A stretch of DNA of 64,000 nt from positions 42,148-106,147 of the forward strand of contig JAQWTK010000096.1 of the NCBI GenBank assembly GCA_029242705.1, written 5' to 3'. Position numbers and translations under genes: made by a program. Shown piece after piece: positions 12,367-21,629 of the stretch. The notes beneath the pieces were generated by a model. It was not told where the DNA came from. It worked only from the letters and a program-made list of their open reading frames with translations, and made no database searches. Within the stretch, counting starts at the first letter, position 1, and each line of letters starts with the position of its first letter. Source of the DNA: Gammaproteobacteria bacterium. Its GTDB lineage: Bacteria > Pseudomonadota > Gammaproteobacteria > Pseudomonadales > Pseudohongiellaceae.

Positions 12367-13810
12367 GCCCACAAAATTCGATTCCAATGTAGTTGTTATT
12401 GGTGCTGGTTCAGCGGGCCTCGTATCTTCTTTAATTGTCACCAGTGCAAAAGGGAAAGTGGTGCTCATTGAGAAAGACAAGATGGGAGGAGATTGTCTTC
12501 ATAGAGGATGTATACCAAGTAAGTCATTAATCCGCAGTGCCCGTGTAATGTCTTACATCAAGAGAGCAAACGAATTTGGCATAGATACTAGTCCCGGCGA
12601 AATTAACTTTGTAAAGATAATGGATAGAGTAAAAGCCATTATTAAAACTATAGAGCCTCATGATTCGATTGAGCGTTTTACTTCCTTAGGCGTGGAGTGT
12701 GTTAAGGGAGAGGCTAAAATTGAGAGTCCTTTTTTGGTTTCTGTTAATGGGAGAAAGATTAGTACTCGATCAATCATTATAGCTACTGGTGCGAGCCCGC
12801 GGGTTCCTGATATTCCCGGCATTGAAAACATAAATTATTTAACCTCAGACTCGATATGGGGGTTACAAGAATTGCCGAAACGTCTGTTAGTTGTTGGTGC
12901 GGGTCCAATAGGGTGTGAGCTAGCACAAGCATTTAGCAAATTAGGCTCGAAGGTAACTCAGATCGATATGGCGCCTAGAATAATGCCTAGAGAGGATCCC
13001 GAAGTTTCGGCTTTAGTTGCGGATCAATTTTTTGCAGATGGGGTTAATATTTTAACTGAGCATGAGGTTTCATGTTTTGGCCAAGATGATGGGCAAAGTT
13101 ATGCGGAAGTTCTTCATAAGGGGCGAACTATTCGAGTTGAATTTGATGAGGTTTTAGTGGCGGTAGGGCGAATTGCAAATACCACAGGGCTAGGCCTTGA
13201 AAATTTGAATGTTCCACTGACAACACAGGGCAATATTGCGGTAAATCCTGCTATGCAAACAGGGCATCCAAATATTTTTGCTTGCGGAGATGTTGCGGGT
13301 CCTTATCAATTTACGCATATGGCCTCTTACCAAGCATTCTTTGCATCGGTCAATGCAATTTTTAGTGGAATTTGGCGCATAAATACTAAGCGCAATATTG
13401 TGCCTTGGGCCACATTTATCAGCCCTGAGGTTGCTCGAGTTGGCTTAAATGAAGAAGAGGCAAAAGCTAGAGGAGTTGCTCACGAGATCACTCTATATAA
13501 TATGGATAAATTAGATAGATCAATAGCGGACGGCGATTCTCTTGGATTCATAAAGATATTGACAGTACCTAGAAAGGACAAAATTCTCGGGGTGACTATA
13601 GTAGGCCGTCATGCCGGAGAACTTATCGGAGAGTTTGTTTTTGCTATAACTCATGGGATGGGCCTTAAGAAAATTTCAGCGGTCACTCATGTCTATCCGA
13701 CTCTGTCTGAGGCCAATAAGTTTGCCGCCAATGCTTGGAGGGCTGCTCATTTGCCCGATCGGTATTTGCCATTTCTAGAAAGATTTTTCCAATGGCGGCG
13801 AGGAAAGTAG
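12350..13810 (+). CDS. FAD-dependent pyridine nucleotide-disulfide oxidoreductase (dihydrolipoamide dehydrogenase / MerA-like fold)
   Basis: GxGxxG (VIGAGSAGL), redox-active disulfide GGDCLHRGCIPSK, a second NAD(P) fold (VVGAGPIGCE) and a C-terminal dimerisation domain. ATG at 12350 is preceded by AAAGGA; the track start at 12323 is an upstream extension. Confidence 0.8.
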   Translation: MKKFTKPTKFDSNVVVIGAGSAGLVSSLIVTSAKGKVVLIEKDKMGGDCLHRGCIPSKSLIRSARVMSYIKRANEFGIDTSPGEINFVKIMDRVKAIIKTIEPHDSIERFTSLGVECVKGEAKIESPFLVSVNGRKISTRSIIIATGASPRVPDIPGIENINYLTSDSIWGLQELPKRLLVVGAGPIGCELAQAFSKLGSKVTQIDMAPRIMPREDPEVSALVADQFFADGVNILTEHEVSCFGQDDGQSYAEVLHKGRTIRVEFDEVLVAVGRIANTTGLGLENLNVPLTTQGNIAVNPAMQTGHPNIFACGDVAGPYQFTHMASYQAFFASVNAIFSGIWRINTKRNIVPWATFISPEVARVGLNEEEAKARGVAHEITLYNMDKLDRSIADGDSLGFIKILTVPRKDKILGVTIVGRHAGELIGEFVFAITHGMGLKKISAVTHVYPTLSEANKFAANAWRAAHLPDRYLPFLERFFQWRRGK

Positions 13811-13827
13811 TTTAGTTATGTTTAAGT

Positions 13828-15396
13828 CTATGTCTCATTCCATTGGTTTAAAAATTCTTCAAAACTAGTAGTGTCAGAATCTTCTATTATTTTCTGTTTC
13901 GCTAAAGAATCATTACTTATTTTTTGCATATGACTAAAAGTGATTTGATCTAATTTTGCATTACTTAAGGTTTGATGATGCGTTCTTGATTGTTTTATCG
14001 AAAACTCATAAAACGAGAGTTTCTCTTCTTGCATTTCAGATAACATTCGGCCAGAGGGAGTTAGGCTAGGATTATCTATTTTCTTTTCTTGTGTAATTAA
14101 TGACGAGTAGTAGTTATTAGTTTGATGGACGCTATCCAAAAGGCCTGCGCTATAGCTTATATCTTCAATTAGTTCGTGAGACCATTCTTTTATATTCTTT
14201 GGCGTACCCTGCTTATCGAGCATAAGTTTTGAATTCCTGCCATCCTCTACTACTTTGTTAACATTGTTTCCCACTTCGAAAAATTCATTTTCATTACAAT
14301 CCGGGCTATCTGCGAAAAGGCAATGTAATAGAAAAGAGTCTAGAAAACGAATTTGTTCCTCATTAATTCCTAGTGGGGAATACGGATCGAGATCTAGCGC
14401 GCGCACTTCTATATACTCGATTCCTGAGTTAGTTAACGCTTCAAGGGGTTTTTCGCCAGGCTTAACATTTCTTTTTGGGCGAATAGTTGAATAGAATTCA
14501 TTTTCAAGTTGTAAAAGGTTTGTATTAATTTGTCGGTATTCGCCATCAGAGTATTGGCCTATGGAACTATATTTCTCGTAAGGTGTATGGATCGCTTCAT
14601 AGAGACAATCTACATAAGTCTCAAGATCGTTATAGCAGACAAACAGAGATTTTTGTGCTTCACTTTTATAGCCTAAATTACTCATTCTGAGGCATGTCGC
14701 ATCGGGTTTATATAAAGTAAATTCGTCTAGCTCTTCTAAATCATGCTCTCTTCCGGCAGTGAAGCATTTACAAGCTGCCGGGGATGCTCCAAACAAATAT
14801 ATAAGTAACCAGGAATAACGATGAAAATTTCTTATAAGGTGGAGATATTTTTCTGTGCGAAATTTTTGTATCGAGCCATCAAAATTACAGATCTTTTTGT
14901 AAGACTCCCAGAAGGCTTCAGGCATAGAAAAATTATAGTGTATGCCCGCTATTGCCTGCATAAGACTTCCGTAGCGGTTATGTAGGCCATGTCTATAAAG
15001 GGTTTTTAGCTTTCCAATATTTGAAGAGCCATACTGTGCAATTGGAATTTTTGCGCCATCTTCTAATGGGCATGGCATGCTCGTCACCCAGAGCATTTCT
15101 TTATCATCGATATTTTGAACAGTAAAACGATGTATGTTTTCTAGAACCTGTAGGCATTCATGAATGGTGTCAGATACAGGGGTTATGAGTTCTAAAAGTG
15201 CTTCAGAAAAATCTGTTGTGATATATGGGTTGGTTAGGGCAGACCCTAGCGCGATTGGGTGTGGAGACGATGAGATATTTCCATTCGGGGAAACGCGAAG
15301 ACTTTCTTTTTCAATTCCACGCCGGATGTTACCCCATTCATTTTCAAATTTTGGTAAATGATATTGTTGAAGACATTCACTGAGTTGCTTAGCCAA
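13828..15396 (-). CDS. gshA: Glutamate-cysteine ligase (gammaproteobacterial type)
   Basis: 522 aa, collinear with E. coli-type GshA, with typical N-terminal RGIEKESLRV and ITTDFSEALLELITP segments. Confidence 0.88.
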   Translation of the reverse strand: MAKQLSECLQQYHLPKFENEWGNIRRGIEKESLRVSPNGNISSSPHPIALGSALTNPYITTDFSEALLELITPVSDTIHECLQVLENIHRFTVQNIDDKEMLWVTSMPCPLEDGAKIPIAQYGSSNIGKLKTLYRHGLHNRYGSLMQAIAGIHYNFSMPEAFWESYKKICNFDGSIQKFRTEKYLHLIRNFHRYSWLLIYLFGASPAACKCFTAGREHDLEELDEFTLYKPDATCLRMSNLGYKSEAQKSLFVCYNDLETYVDCLYEAIHTPYEKYSSIGQYSDGEYRQINTNLLQLENEFYSTIRPKRNVKPGEKPLEALTNSGIEYIEVRALDLDPYSPLGINEEQIRFLDSFLLHCLFADSPDCNENEFFEVGNNVNKVVEDGRNSKLMLDKQGTPKNIKEWSHELIEDISYSAGLLDSVHQTNNYYSSLITQEKKIDNPSLTPSGRMLSEMQEEKLSFYEFSIKQSRTHHQTLSNAKLDQITFSHMQKISNDSLAKQKIIEDSDTTSFEEFLNQWNET

Positions 15397-15531
15397 ATTA
15401 ACTCCTAATCACGAGGCAACATAACATCCAAAAATCTCTCGTCGATTGGCAATGGGGTCGCATTATGGCAAATATACCTTGTGCTTGCGAATCTCTCTTA
15501 AGGAATTACAAATAATTCAATAAGGATTTCT

Positions 15532-15936
15532 TTAACTTTTTTGCTTGAATTGCTGTATCAGGCGCCTTTGTTTCTTGTTTGGCTTGGTAGGTGATGCCCA
15601 GTGTTTGGGCTGGGCTTTGCGCTGTTCGGAAAGTTTGTTCCTATTTTCAACGCTTTCAGAAGTTTCATCATATAGCAGCTGGGCTTCTTTTGCTCCGCGC
15701 CTTATCTCCGATAAGGCCTTCACAACCACAGTCTTTTCATCGAACCCTTGTCGCAGCCGAATTTTCGTGCCCACTTCGATTTCCTTGCTGGGCTTTGGTC
15801 GGTTCCCCCCAAGATGAACTTTCCCACCATCGATTGCGTGTTTGGCAATAGCTCGGGTCTTATAAAATCTTGCCGCCCATAGCCATTTGTCAATTCGTAA
15901 GCGAGCTGGCTCTGTGGTCTTTTTTTCTTGAATCAT
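15532..15936 (-). CDS. hslR: Ribosome-associated heat shock protein Hsp15 (S4 domain)
   Basis: RIDKWLWAARFYKTRAIAKHAIDGGKVH closely matches E. coli HslR. Sits downstream of yrfG as in E. coli. Confidence 0.85.
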   Translation of the reverse strand: MIQEKKTTEPARLRIDKWLWAARFYKTRAIAKHAIDGGKVHLGGNRPKPSKEIEVGTKIRLRQGFDEKTVVVKALSEIRRGAKEAQLLYDETSESVENRNKLSEQRKAQPKHWASPTKPNKKQRRLIQQFKQKS

Positions 15937-16621
15937 TTTGAATCTTGTTCGATGCTATCGGTGTTAGATTTTTAAAATCGACTACTAAGGGGAAGTCAGT
16001 ATAGCGTATTGGCGGGCTTTGACTATCTGGTTGTTTAATTCCATATAAATATTTTATGCCCTCACGTTTAGCTTGGCACAATACTGGTAAAGAATCATCA
16101 AAAAGTATTGTGCGCTCCGGATTATAGTTTTTCAAACGTTGTAATTTCCTCCAGAAACCACAATTTTCCTTAGCTAATTTTAAATCATGGGAGCTAATAA
16201 GTTGATTGAAATAACCTGAAATGCCTGTATGTTCCATTTTGATTTTTAGGCTTTCTGGGTGAGCATTAGTAATTAATAACAGGCGCTTACCTTGTTGTTT
16301 AAGTGCTGATAAGAATAATTCCACATTTGGTCGGAGCGCAATTTTATGTGTTATCTGTTTTTTTAGTTGAAGGATATCTATCTGTAATTCTTTTTCCCAA
16401 TAGTCGAGACAATACCAATTTAAAGTACCCTGAACTTTCACAGTTTTTCGATGAATTATTTTAAAGGCGTCTTCTTGTGAAATACTATGATTTTGCGAAT
16501 ATATCGTGGGTACGAGTGTTAACCAGAAATAATTATCGAAATGAAGGTCTAACAAAGTTCCATCCATATCGAACATAATTGTGTCAATTTTAGACCAAGG
16601 GACCACTTTTAACTCCATCAA
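15890..16621 (-). CDS. yrfG: HAD-superfamily GMP/IMP nucleotidase YrfG-like
   Basis: DMDGTLLDL..FDNYFW..TLNWYCLDYW..LITNAHP motifs parallel E. coli YrfG. The 3' end overlaps the hslR start by 47 nt. Confidence 0.82.
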   Translation of the reverse strand: MMELKVVPWSKIDTIMFDMDGTLLDLHFDNYFWLTLVPTIYSQNHSISQEDAFKIIHRKTVKVQGTLNWYCLDYWEKELQIDILQLKKQITHKIALRPNVELFLSALKQQGKRLLLITNAHPESLKIKMEHTGISGYFNQLISSHDLKLAKENCGFWRKLQRLKNYNPERTILFDDSLPVLCQAKREGIKYLYGIKQPDSQSPPIRYTDFPLVVDFKNLTPIASNKIQNDSRKKDHRASSLTN

Positions 16622-16721
16622 CTTCTTCTTGGCAACTCAATTCGTCTCGTGCAACATAGTCAATCGTATCGGAATGAGAATATATCTTGAATTTATATCT
16701 TACGCATTAAAAGGACTAGTA

Positions 16722-17552
16722 ATGTGGAATGACGACTTATTAACTAAGTTGCTTGAAATAGCGCGCAAGGCCGGCTCAGAAATACTTGGAGTATATGCGC
16801 AGGATGGAGAGATTGATTTTACTTTCAAAGAGGACAATTCTCCTGTTACCGAAGCGGACCGCCGAGCAAACTCTGTGATTACCGAGCAATTGGAAGGATT
16901 AACTGAGGAAATTCCTATTCTTTCAGAAGAATCGGACCAGATCGCCAGTAAGACTCGATTGTCGTGGACGAAGTATTGGCTGGTTGATCCTCTAGATGGC
17001 ACAAAAGAATTTATAAATCGTAATGGAGAATTCACGGTTAATATAGCCCGTGTTCGAAATGGAGTATCAGATATAGGAATTGTCCACGTGCCAGTGACGG
17101 GCGTTACTTATTTGGGCAAGCTGGGAACGGGAGCATGGAAAGTTGCCTCTGATGGGTCGACTACCCCAATTAGGACATCTAAACTTGGTGGCGATGATAG
17201 TATCGTGAGGGTTGTCACTAGTCGAAGTCACAGAGGTGTGTTTTTAGATAAAATTGTAGAAGCGCTCTCTGCTAAATTTGATAGTGTTGAAGTATCGAGT
17301 ATGGGCAGCTCTTTGAAGCTTTGTCTCCTAGCGGAGGGGAAGGCTGATATTTATCCGAGACTCGCGCCAACGTGCGAGTGGGATACTGGAGCAGCGCATG
17401 CAGTCCTGCTCGCAGCTGGAGGCAATATTTTCGATACTTCGTTTCAAATGTTAAGATATAACCAAAGGCTAGAACTTCTTAACCCATATTTTATAGCGCT
17501 TGGGGACACAGATTATGCTTGGGAAGAGGTCCTTAGCCCAGTTTTCGCATAA
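16722..17552 (+). CDS. cysQ: 3'(2'),5'-bisphosphate nucleotidase
   Basis: DNSPVTEAD, WLVDPLDGTKEFINRNGEFTVNIA and WDTGAAHAVL motifs as in CysQ. ATG at 16722 is preceded by AAGGA; the track start at 16581 overlaps yrfG and is rejected. Confidence 0.85.
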   Translation: MWNDDLLTKLLEIARKAGSEILGVYAQDGEIDFTFKEDNSPVTEADRRANSVITEQLEGLTEEIPILSEESDQIASKTRLSWTKYWLVDPLDGTKEFINRNGEFTVNIARVRNGVSDIGIVHVPVTGVTYLGKLGTGAWKVASDGSTTPIRTSKLGGDDSIVRVVTSRSHRGVFLDKIVEALSAKFDSVEVSSMGSSLKLCLLAEGKADIYPRLAPTCEWDTGAAHAVLLAAGGNIFDTSFQMLRYNQRLELLNPYFIALGDTDYAWEEVLSPVFA

Positions 17553-17697
17553 GTTTTTCTGTACGCCAATTCCCGATTCCGATTTTCAATTGATATAAAA
17601 AATGTGTTGCCTTGCTTAACATCGCAATCCTCATCCATTTCGAATAGAATCGCCAGTCCTTAAAAGTTAAGGAATATCTACTAGGGATAATCTCATT

Positions 17698-18837
17698 ATG
17701 CATGACCGAGCGATCTACAATAGTGATCATGAGCTTTTTCGCGCTAATGCGCGGCGTTTCTTTAGGGACGAACTAGAGCCAAATATAGACGAATGGGAGA
17801 AGGAAGGTCGCCTACCTCGAGAATTTTGGTTGAAGGCCGGAGAAAATGGATTTCATTGTTGTGGGGTTCCAGAAGAACACGGAGGGCCGGGCGCAGATTT
17901 TCTCTATAACATGGTGCTCTCAGAAGAAGTAGGTTTTGCGATAGGTGGTGCTAGCGTTGGTTTTTCAGTTTCCTCTGACATCGTCGCTTATTATTTATTG
18001 CATAGTGGAAGCGATGAACAGAAACAAAAATGGTTGCCTAAAATGGTTTCAGGGGAGGCTATTGCCGCGATTGGTATGACCGAACCTGGCTGTGGAAGTG
18101 ACCTTAAGGCAATGCGAACAACTGCGATACAAAAAGGTAGTGAATATATTATTAACGGGCAGAAAACTTTCATCACTAACGGCCAGAATTGTGATTTCGT
18201 TTTATTAGCTTGCTCGACAGATCCAGAGGCTGGTGCAAAAGGAGTTAGTCTCATAATTGTGGAAGCAGATCGAGAAGGTTTTAGCCGTGGTAGAAATTTA
18301 GAAAAAATCGGACAGAAAGCTGCTGATACTTCAGAGATGTTTTTCTCCGATGTACATGTTCCTGTTACTAACCTTATCGGTAAAGCCGGTGGGGGGTTTG
18401 CAGTGTTGATGAATGAACTGCCTAGAGAGCGCATTACGATAGCATGTCGTGCGTTGGCCGAAGCCCAACGTGCTTATGAATTAACCGTAGGCTATGTAAA
18501 AGAAAGAAAAGCGTTTGGGCAACAAGTCTACGAATTTCAGAATACTCAATTCAAGTTAGCAGAGATGAAAACCGATCTGGCTGTAGGGTGGTCCTATATC
18601 GATCAATGCTTGCTAAAAATTATTGAGGGATGTCTGACCCCTGAAGAAGGTGCGATGGCTAAATTATGGACCACTGAGGCTGGCAATAAAATAGTGGATG
18701 GCTGCTTACAACTTTTTGGCGGTTATGGATACATGAGTGAATATCCTATCTCTCGATTGTTCGTTGATTCTCGCGTAAGGCGCATTTATGGTGGGACATC
18801 GGAGATAATGAAATTAGTAATAGGAAGAACTGTTTAA
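17698..18837 (+). CDS. Acyl-CoA dehydrogenase (about 380 aa class)
   Basis: Has the ACAD N-terminal, middle and C-terminal domains, with GMTEPGCGSD and a C-terminal IYGGTSEI motif. Confidence 0.88.
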   Translation: MHDRAIYNSDHELFRANARRFFRDELEPNIDEWEKEGRLPREFWLKAGENGFHCCGVPEEHGGPGADFLYNMVLSEEVGFAIGGASVGFSVSSDIVAYYLLHSGSDEQKQKWLPKMVSGEAIAAIGMTEPGCGSDLKAMRTTAIQKGSEYIINGQKTFITNGQNCDFVLLACSTDPEAGAKGVSLIIVEADREGFSRGRNLEKIGQKAADTSEMFFSDVHVPVTNLIGKAGGGFAVLMNELPRERITIACRALAEAQRAYELTVGYVKERKAFGQQVYEFQNTQFKLAEMKTDLAVGWSYIDQCLLKIIEGCLTPEEGAMAKLWTTEAGNKIVDGCLQLFGGYGYMSEYPISRLFVDSRVRRIYGGTSEIMKLVIGRTV

Positions 18838-18847
18838 GAGGAATAGT

Positions 18848-20287
18848 ATGTTTGGGATCACTGCCTATGGTGCTTATGTACCACGTGCTAGGTTAAATAA
18901 AAAATCAATTGCTGAGGCTAATGCCTGGTTTGATGCAAGTCTAAACACCTTAGCTAAAGGTGAGCGGGCTATTTGTAACTGGGATGAAGATACAATAACT
19001 ATGGCGGTTGAGGCTGCAAATAACTGTCTAGTATCGAAAACTGGGATTGAGCTAAATTCTCTTTATTTGGCATCAACTACATTTCCATTCCTTGATCGAC
19101 AAAACTCGGTTCTGGTTAGTGAGGCCCTAAATCTTGATAGAGGAATCCGCACTATGGATATCGGGGCCTCGCAACGGGCCGCAACGTCATCGTTAATTTC
19201 ATTGCTTGAGTCGAAGTCAAAAAATAGCTCGCTTCTTATTGCTTCAGAGCATAGGAGAAGCAAGGCCGGCTCCAGAGCAGAGATGCTGTGGGGCGATGGT
19301 GCCGCATCCTTGTTAATCGGCTCAGATAAAGTAATTGCCGAATGTCTTGGCGTTGAAACTTATGCAATAGATTTTGTAGATCACTATAGGGGCGATGATT
19401 CGGATTACGATTATGATTGGGAAGAAAGGTGGATCCGAGATGAGGGGTTCTTAAAAACCGTTCCTAAGGCGGTTAATAACTTACTGGATTCGGCCAAGGT
19501 TAATGCCGCCGACATTAAACACTTCATTCTCCCTAGTGATCAGTCAAGAACTCCTGGTATTTTAGCGAAAAATCTAGGGATCGATCAGGGCGCCATCGTT
19601 GATAATCAAATTGCAAATGTTGGTGTAGCAGGAGTAGCTCAGCCAATATTATTACTGACTAAGGCATTAGAAGCCGCGTTGCCAGGAGAATACATATTAT
19701 TAGTTGGGTTTGGCCAAGGTTGTGATGCGATTCTTTTTAGGGCAACTGATGAGCTTGTTCATTATAAGCCGTTTATTGGGATCGAAGCGGCGATTAAGAA
19801 TCGGCGCGAGGAGTTGAACTATAATAAGTTTCTTAGCTTTAATAATTTAGTTGAAAAAGATATTGGTAAACGAGGGGAAGTCGATAAGCAGACCTATTTG
19901 TCTGGGTATAATCGAAGGAAAGATTTGCTGACTGGGTTTATTGGCGGAAAGTGCAGAGAATGCGGCACCGTGCAAATTCCGAGAGAAAAGTATTGTGTGA
20001 ATCCTGAATGCAACATGCTTGATAGTCAGGACGATTATCCATTTTCCGATAAGAAGGGCACCGTAGCAACCTGGACCGCTGATAGGTTGACGTTTGACTG
20101 GAATCCGCCGGCATATTTTGGCATGGTACAGTTTGAAGGTGGCGGTAAAATCATGATGGATTTTACGGAAGTTGAGGAAGGCACAATTGATACAGGTACT
20201 AAGGTATCAGTTCATTTCCGTATACGGCAGTTTGACACAGTACGGGGGTTTAAAAAATATTTCTGGAAAGCAGTTATCGAAGGCTAG
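18848..20287 (+). CDS. HMG-CoA-synthase/KAS-III-like thiolase-fold domain fused to a C-terminal DUF35 (zinc ribbon plus OB fold); probably non-catalytic
   Basis: The N-terminal 310 aa or so are collinear with HMG-CoA synthase. The nucleophile position reads GASQRAAT where the family has ACYGGT/ACYGAT. The C-terminus carries a 4-Cys ribbon, CRECGTVQIPREKYCVNPEC, followed by an OB-like segment. Confidence 0.7.
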   Translation: MFGITAYGAYVPRARLNKKSIAEANAWFDASLNTLAKGERAICNWDEDTITMAVEAANNCLVSKTGIELNSLYLASTTFPFLDRQNSVLVSEALNLDRGIRTMDIGASQRAATSSLISLLESKSKNSSLLIASEHRRSKAGSRAEMLWGDGAASLLIGSDKVIAECLGVETYAIDFVDHYRGDDSDYDYDWEERWIRDEGFLKTVPKAVNNLLDSAKVNAADIKHFILPSDQSRTPGILAKNLGIDQGAIVDNQIANVGVAGVAQPILLLTKALEAALPGEYILLVGFGQGCDAILFRATDELVHYKPFIGIEAAIKNRREELNYNKFLSFNNLVEKDIGKRGEVDKQTYLSGYNRRKDLLTGFIGGKCRECGTVQIPREKYCVNPECNMLDSQDDYPFSDKKGTVATWTADRLTFDWNPPAYFGMVQFEGGGKIMMDFTEVEEGTIDTGTKVSVHFRIRQFDTVRGFKKYFWKAVIEG

Positions 20288-20370
20288 TAGTATTTTTTTA
20301 TACAGAGTTGACAATTTGAGTTTATAACTTTCAATTTTAACAATTATTTATTAGAGGCGAGATAATAGAA

Positions 20371-21570
20371 ATGGCGAGTGGAATTAAAGATAAGGTTGTC
20401 ATTTTAGGCATGGGCTGTAGCAAATTTGGTGAACGCTGGGACTCCAGCCCATCGGATCTTATGGTCGAGGCGTTTGAGGAATGTATAGAAGACGCAGGCA
20501 TTGAACGAAACCAAATCGAAGCAGCTTGGTTTGGTGCCGGTATCGATGCGTTTAATGTCGGTGCTTCTGCTATGCCCTTAGCAATTGCTTTGCGGCTTAA
20601 CTATATTCCTGTGACTAAAGTCGAAAATATGTGCGCGACCGGGACTGAAGCTTTTCGCGGTGCAGTATATGCAGTTGCTTCTGGTGCTTGTGATATTGCT
20701 CTTGCCTTGGGCGTAGAAAAGCTTAAAGACACTGGATATGGGGGTCTACCGCAAAGATCGAGAGGACTGGAAAACGATATGTACTGGCCGAACTTATCAG
20801 CGCCGGGAGCTTTTGCACAACTAGCTACAGGTTATCGCGCCAAACATAAACACAATAAGGAAGACTTGAAGCGGGCAATGGCGCATGTTTCGGTAAAGAG
20901 CCACGCTAACGGAGCAAAAAACCCCAAAGCGCATTTGCAGAGGGAAATAACTTCTGACCAAGCGGTGAATGCGCCTTACATAGCCGAGCCAATCGGCCTA
21001 TTCGATTGTTGTGGTGTTAGTGATGGATCTGCCTGCGCAATCGTCACTACTCCAGAAATAGCTAAGGCCTTAGGTAAAGAAAACCTCGTTTCTGTAAAAG
21101 CATTACAATTAGCGGTTTCGAATGGAACAGAATCCAGCCATGAAAGTTGGGATGGTTCCTACCTAAAGACTACTCGTATTGCATCTCAACGGGCTTATGA
21201 TGAAGCGGGTATTCGAAAGCCAAAAGAAGAAATCACCATGACAGAGGTGCATGATTGTTTTTCTATTACCGAATTAGTGACGATGGAAGATCTTCAGTTA
21301 GCAGAGGAAGGGAAAGGAGTAACTGATGTTCTCGACGGTAATTTTGACGCCGATGGCAAAACCCCTTGTCAGATTGATGGGGGTCTCAAGTGTTTTGGTC
21401 ATCCAATAGGAGCATCTGGGTTACGAATGATTTACGAGAATTATCTTCAACTAAATGGAAGAGCTGGTTCTCGTCAGTTATCAGATCCTAAGCTAGGGTT
21501 AAACCATAATTTGGGAGGATTTCCACATCAAAACATTTGTTCTATTTCAATTGTTGGGCCCTACAACTAA
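20371..21570 (+). CDS. SCP-x/nonspecific lipid-transfer-type thiolase
   Basis: Nucleophile context NMCATGTEAF, the HDCF motif (TEVHDCFSITE) diagnostic of SCP2-type thiolases, and HPIGASG. Confidence 0.85.
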   Translation: MASGIKDKVVILGMGCSKFGERWDSSPSDLMVEAFEECIEDAGIERNQIEAAWFGAGIDAFNVGASAMPLAIALRLNYIPVTKVENMCATGTEAFRGAVYAVASGACDIALALGVEKLKDTGYGGLPQRSRGLENDMYWPNLSAPGAFAQLATGYRAKHKHNKEDLKRAMAHVSVKSHANGAKNPKAHLQREITSDQAVNAPYIAEPIGLFDCCGVSDGSACAIVTTPEIAKALGKENLVSVKALQLAVSNGTESSHESWDGSYLKTTRIASQRAYDEAGIRKPKEEITMTEVHDCFSITELVTMEDLQLAEEGKGVTDVLDGNFDADGKTPCQIDGGLKCFGHPIGASGLRMIYENYLQLNGRAGSRQLSDPKLGLNHNLGGFPHQNICSISIVGPYN

Positions 21571-21629
21571 TTACTGGAATTGAACGTTTCTCACTTTATT
21601 AAGCATTAACATCAATTAATCCAGCAAAA

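Noticed and set aside
16581-16721. N-terminal extensions in the track for cysQ (16581) and for 12323, 33326, 41033, 43522, 44292, 44830 and 53920
   Set aside because: The extensions overlap upstream genes or terminator hairpins, or they lack an SD. Internal ATGs with better context match homologue N-termini or signal peptides.
17991-18434. 147-aa ORF antisense to the first acyl-CoA dehydrogenase, and the similar 22190..22627 ORF antisense to the second
   Set aside because: Shadow ORFs inside well-supported ACAD genes. No motifs and no plausible start context.
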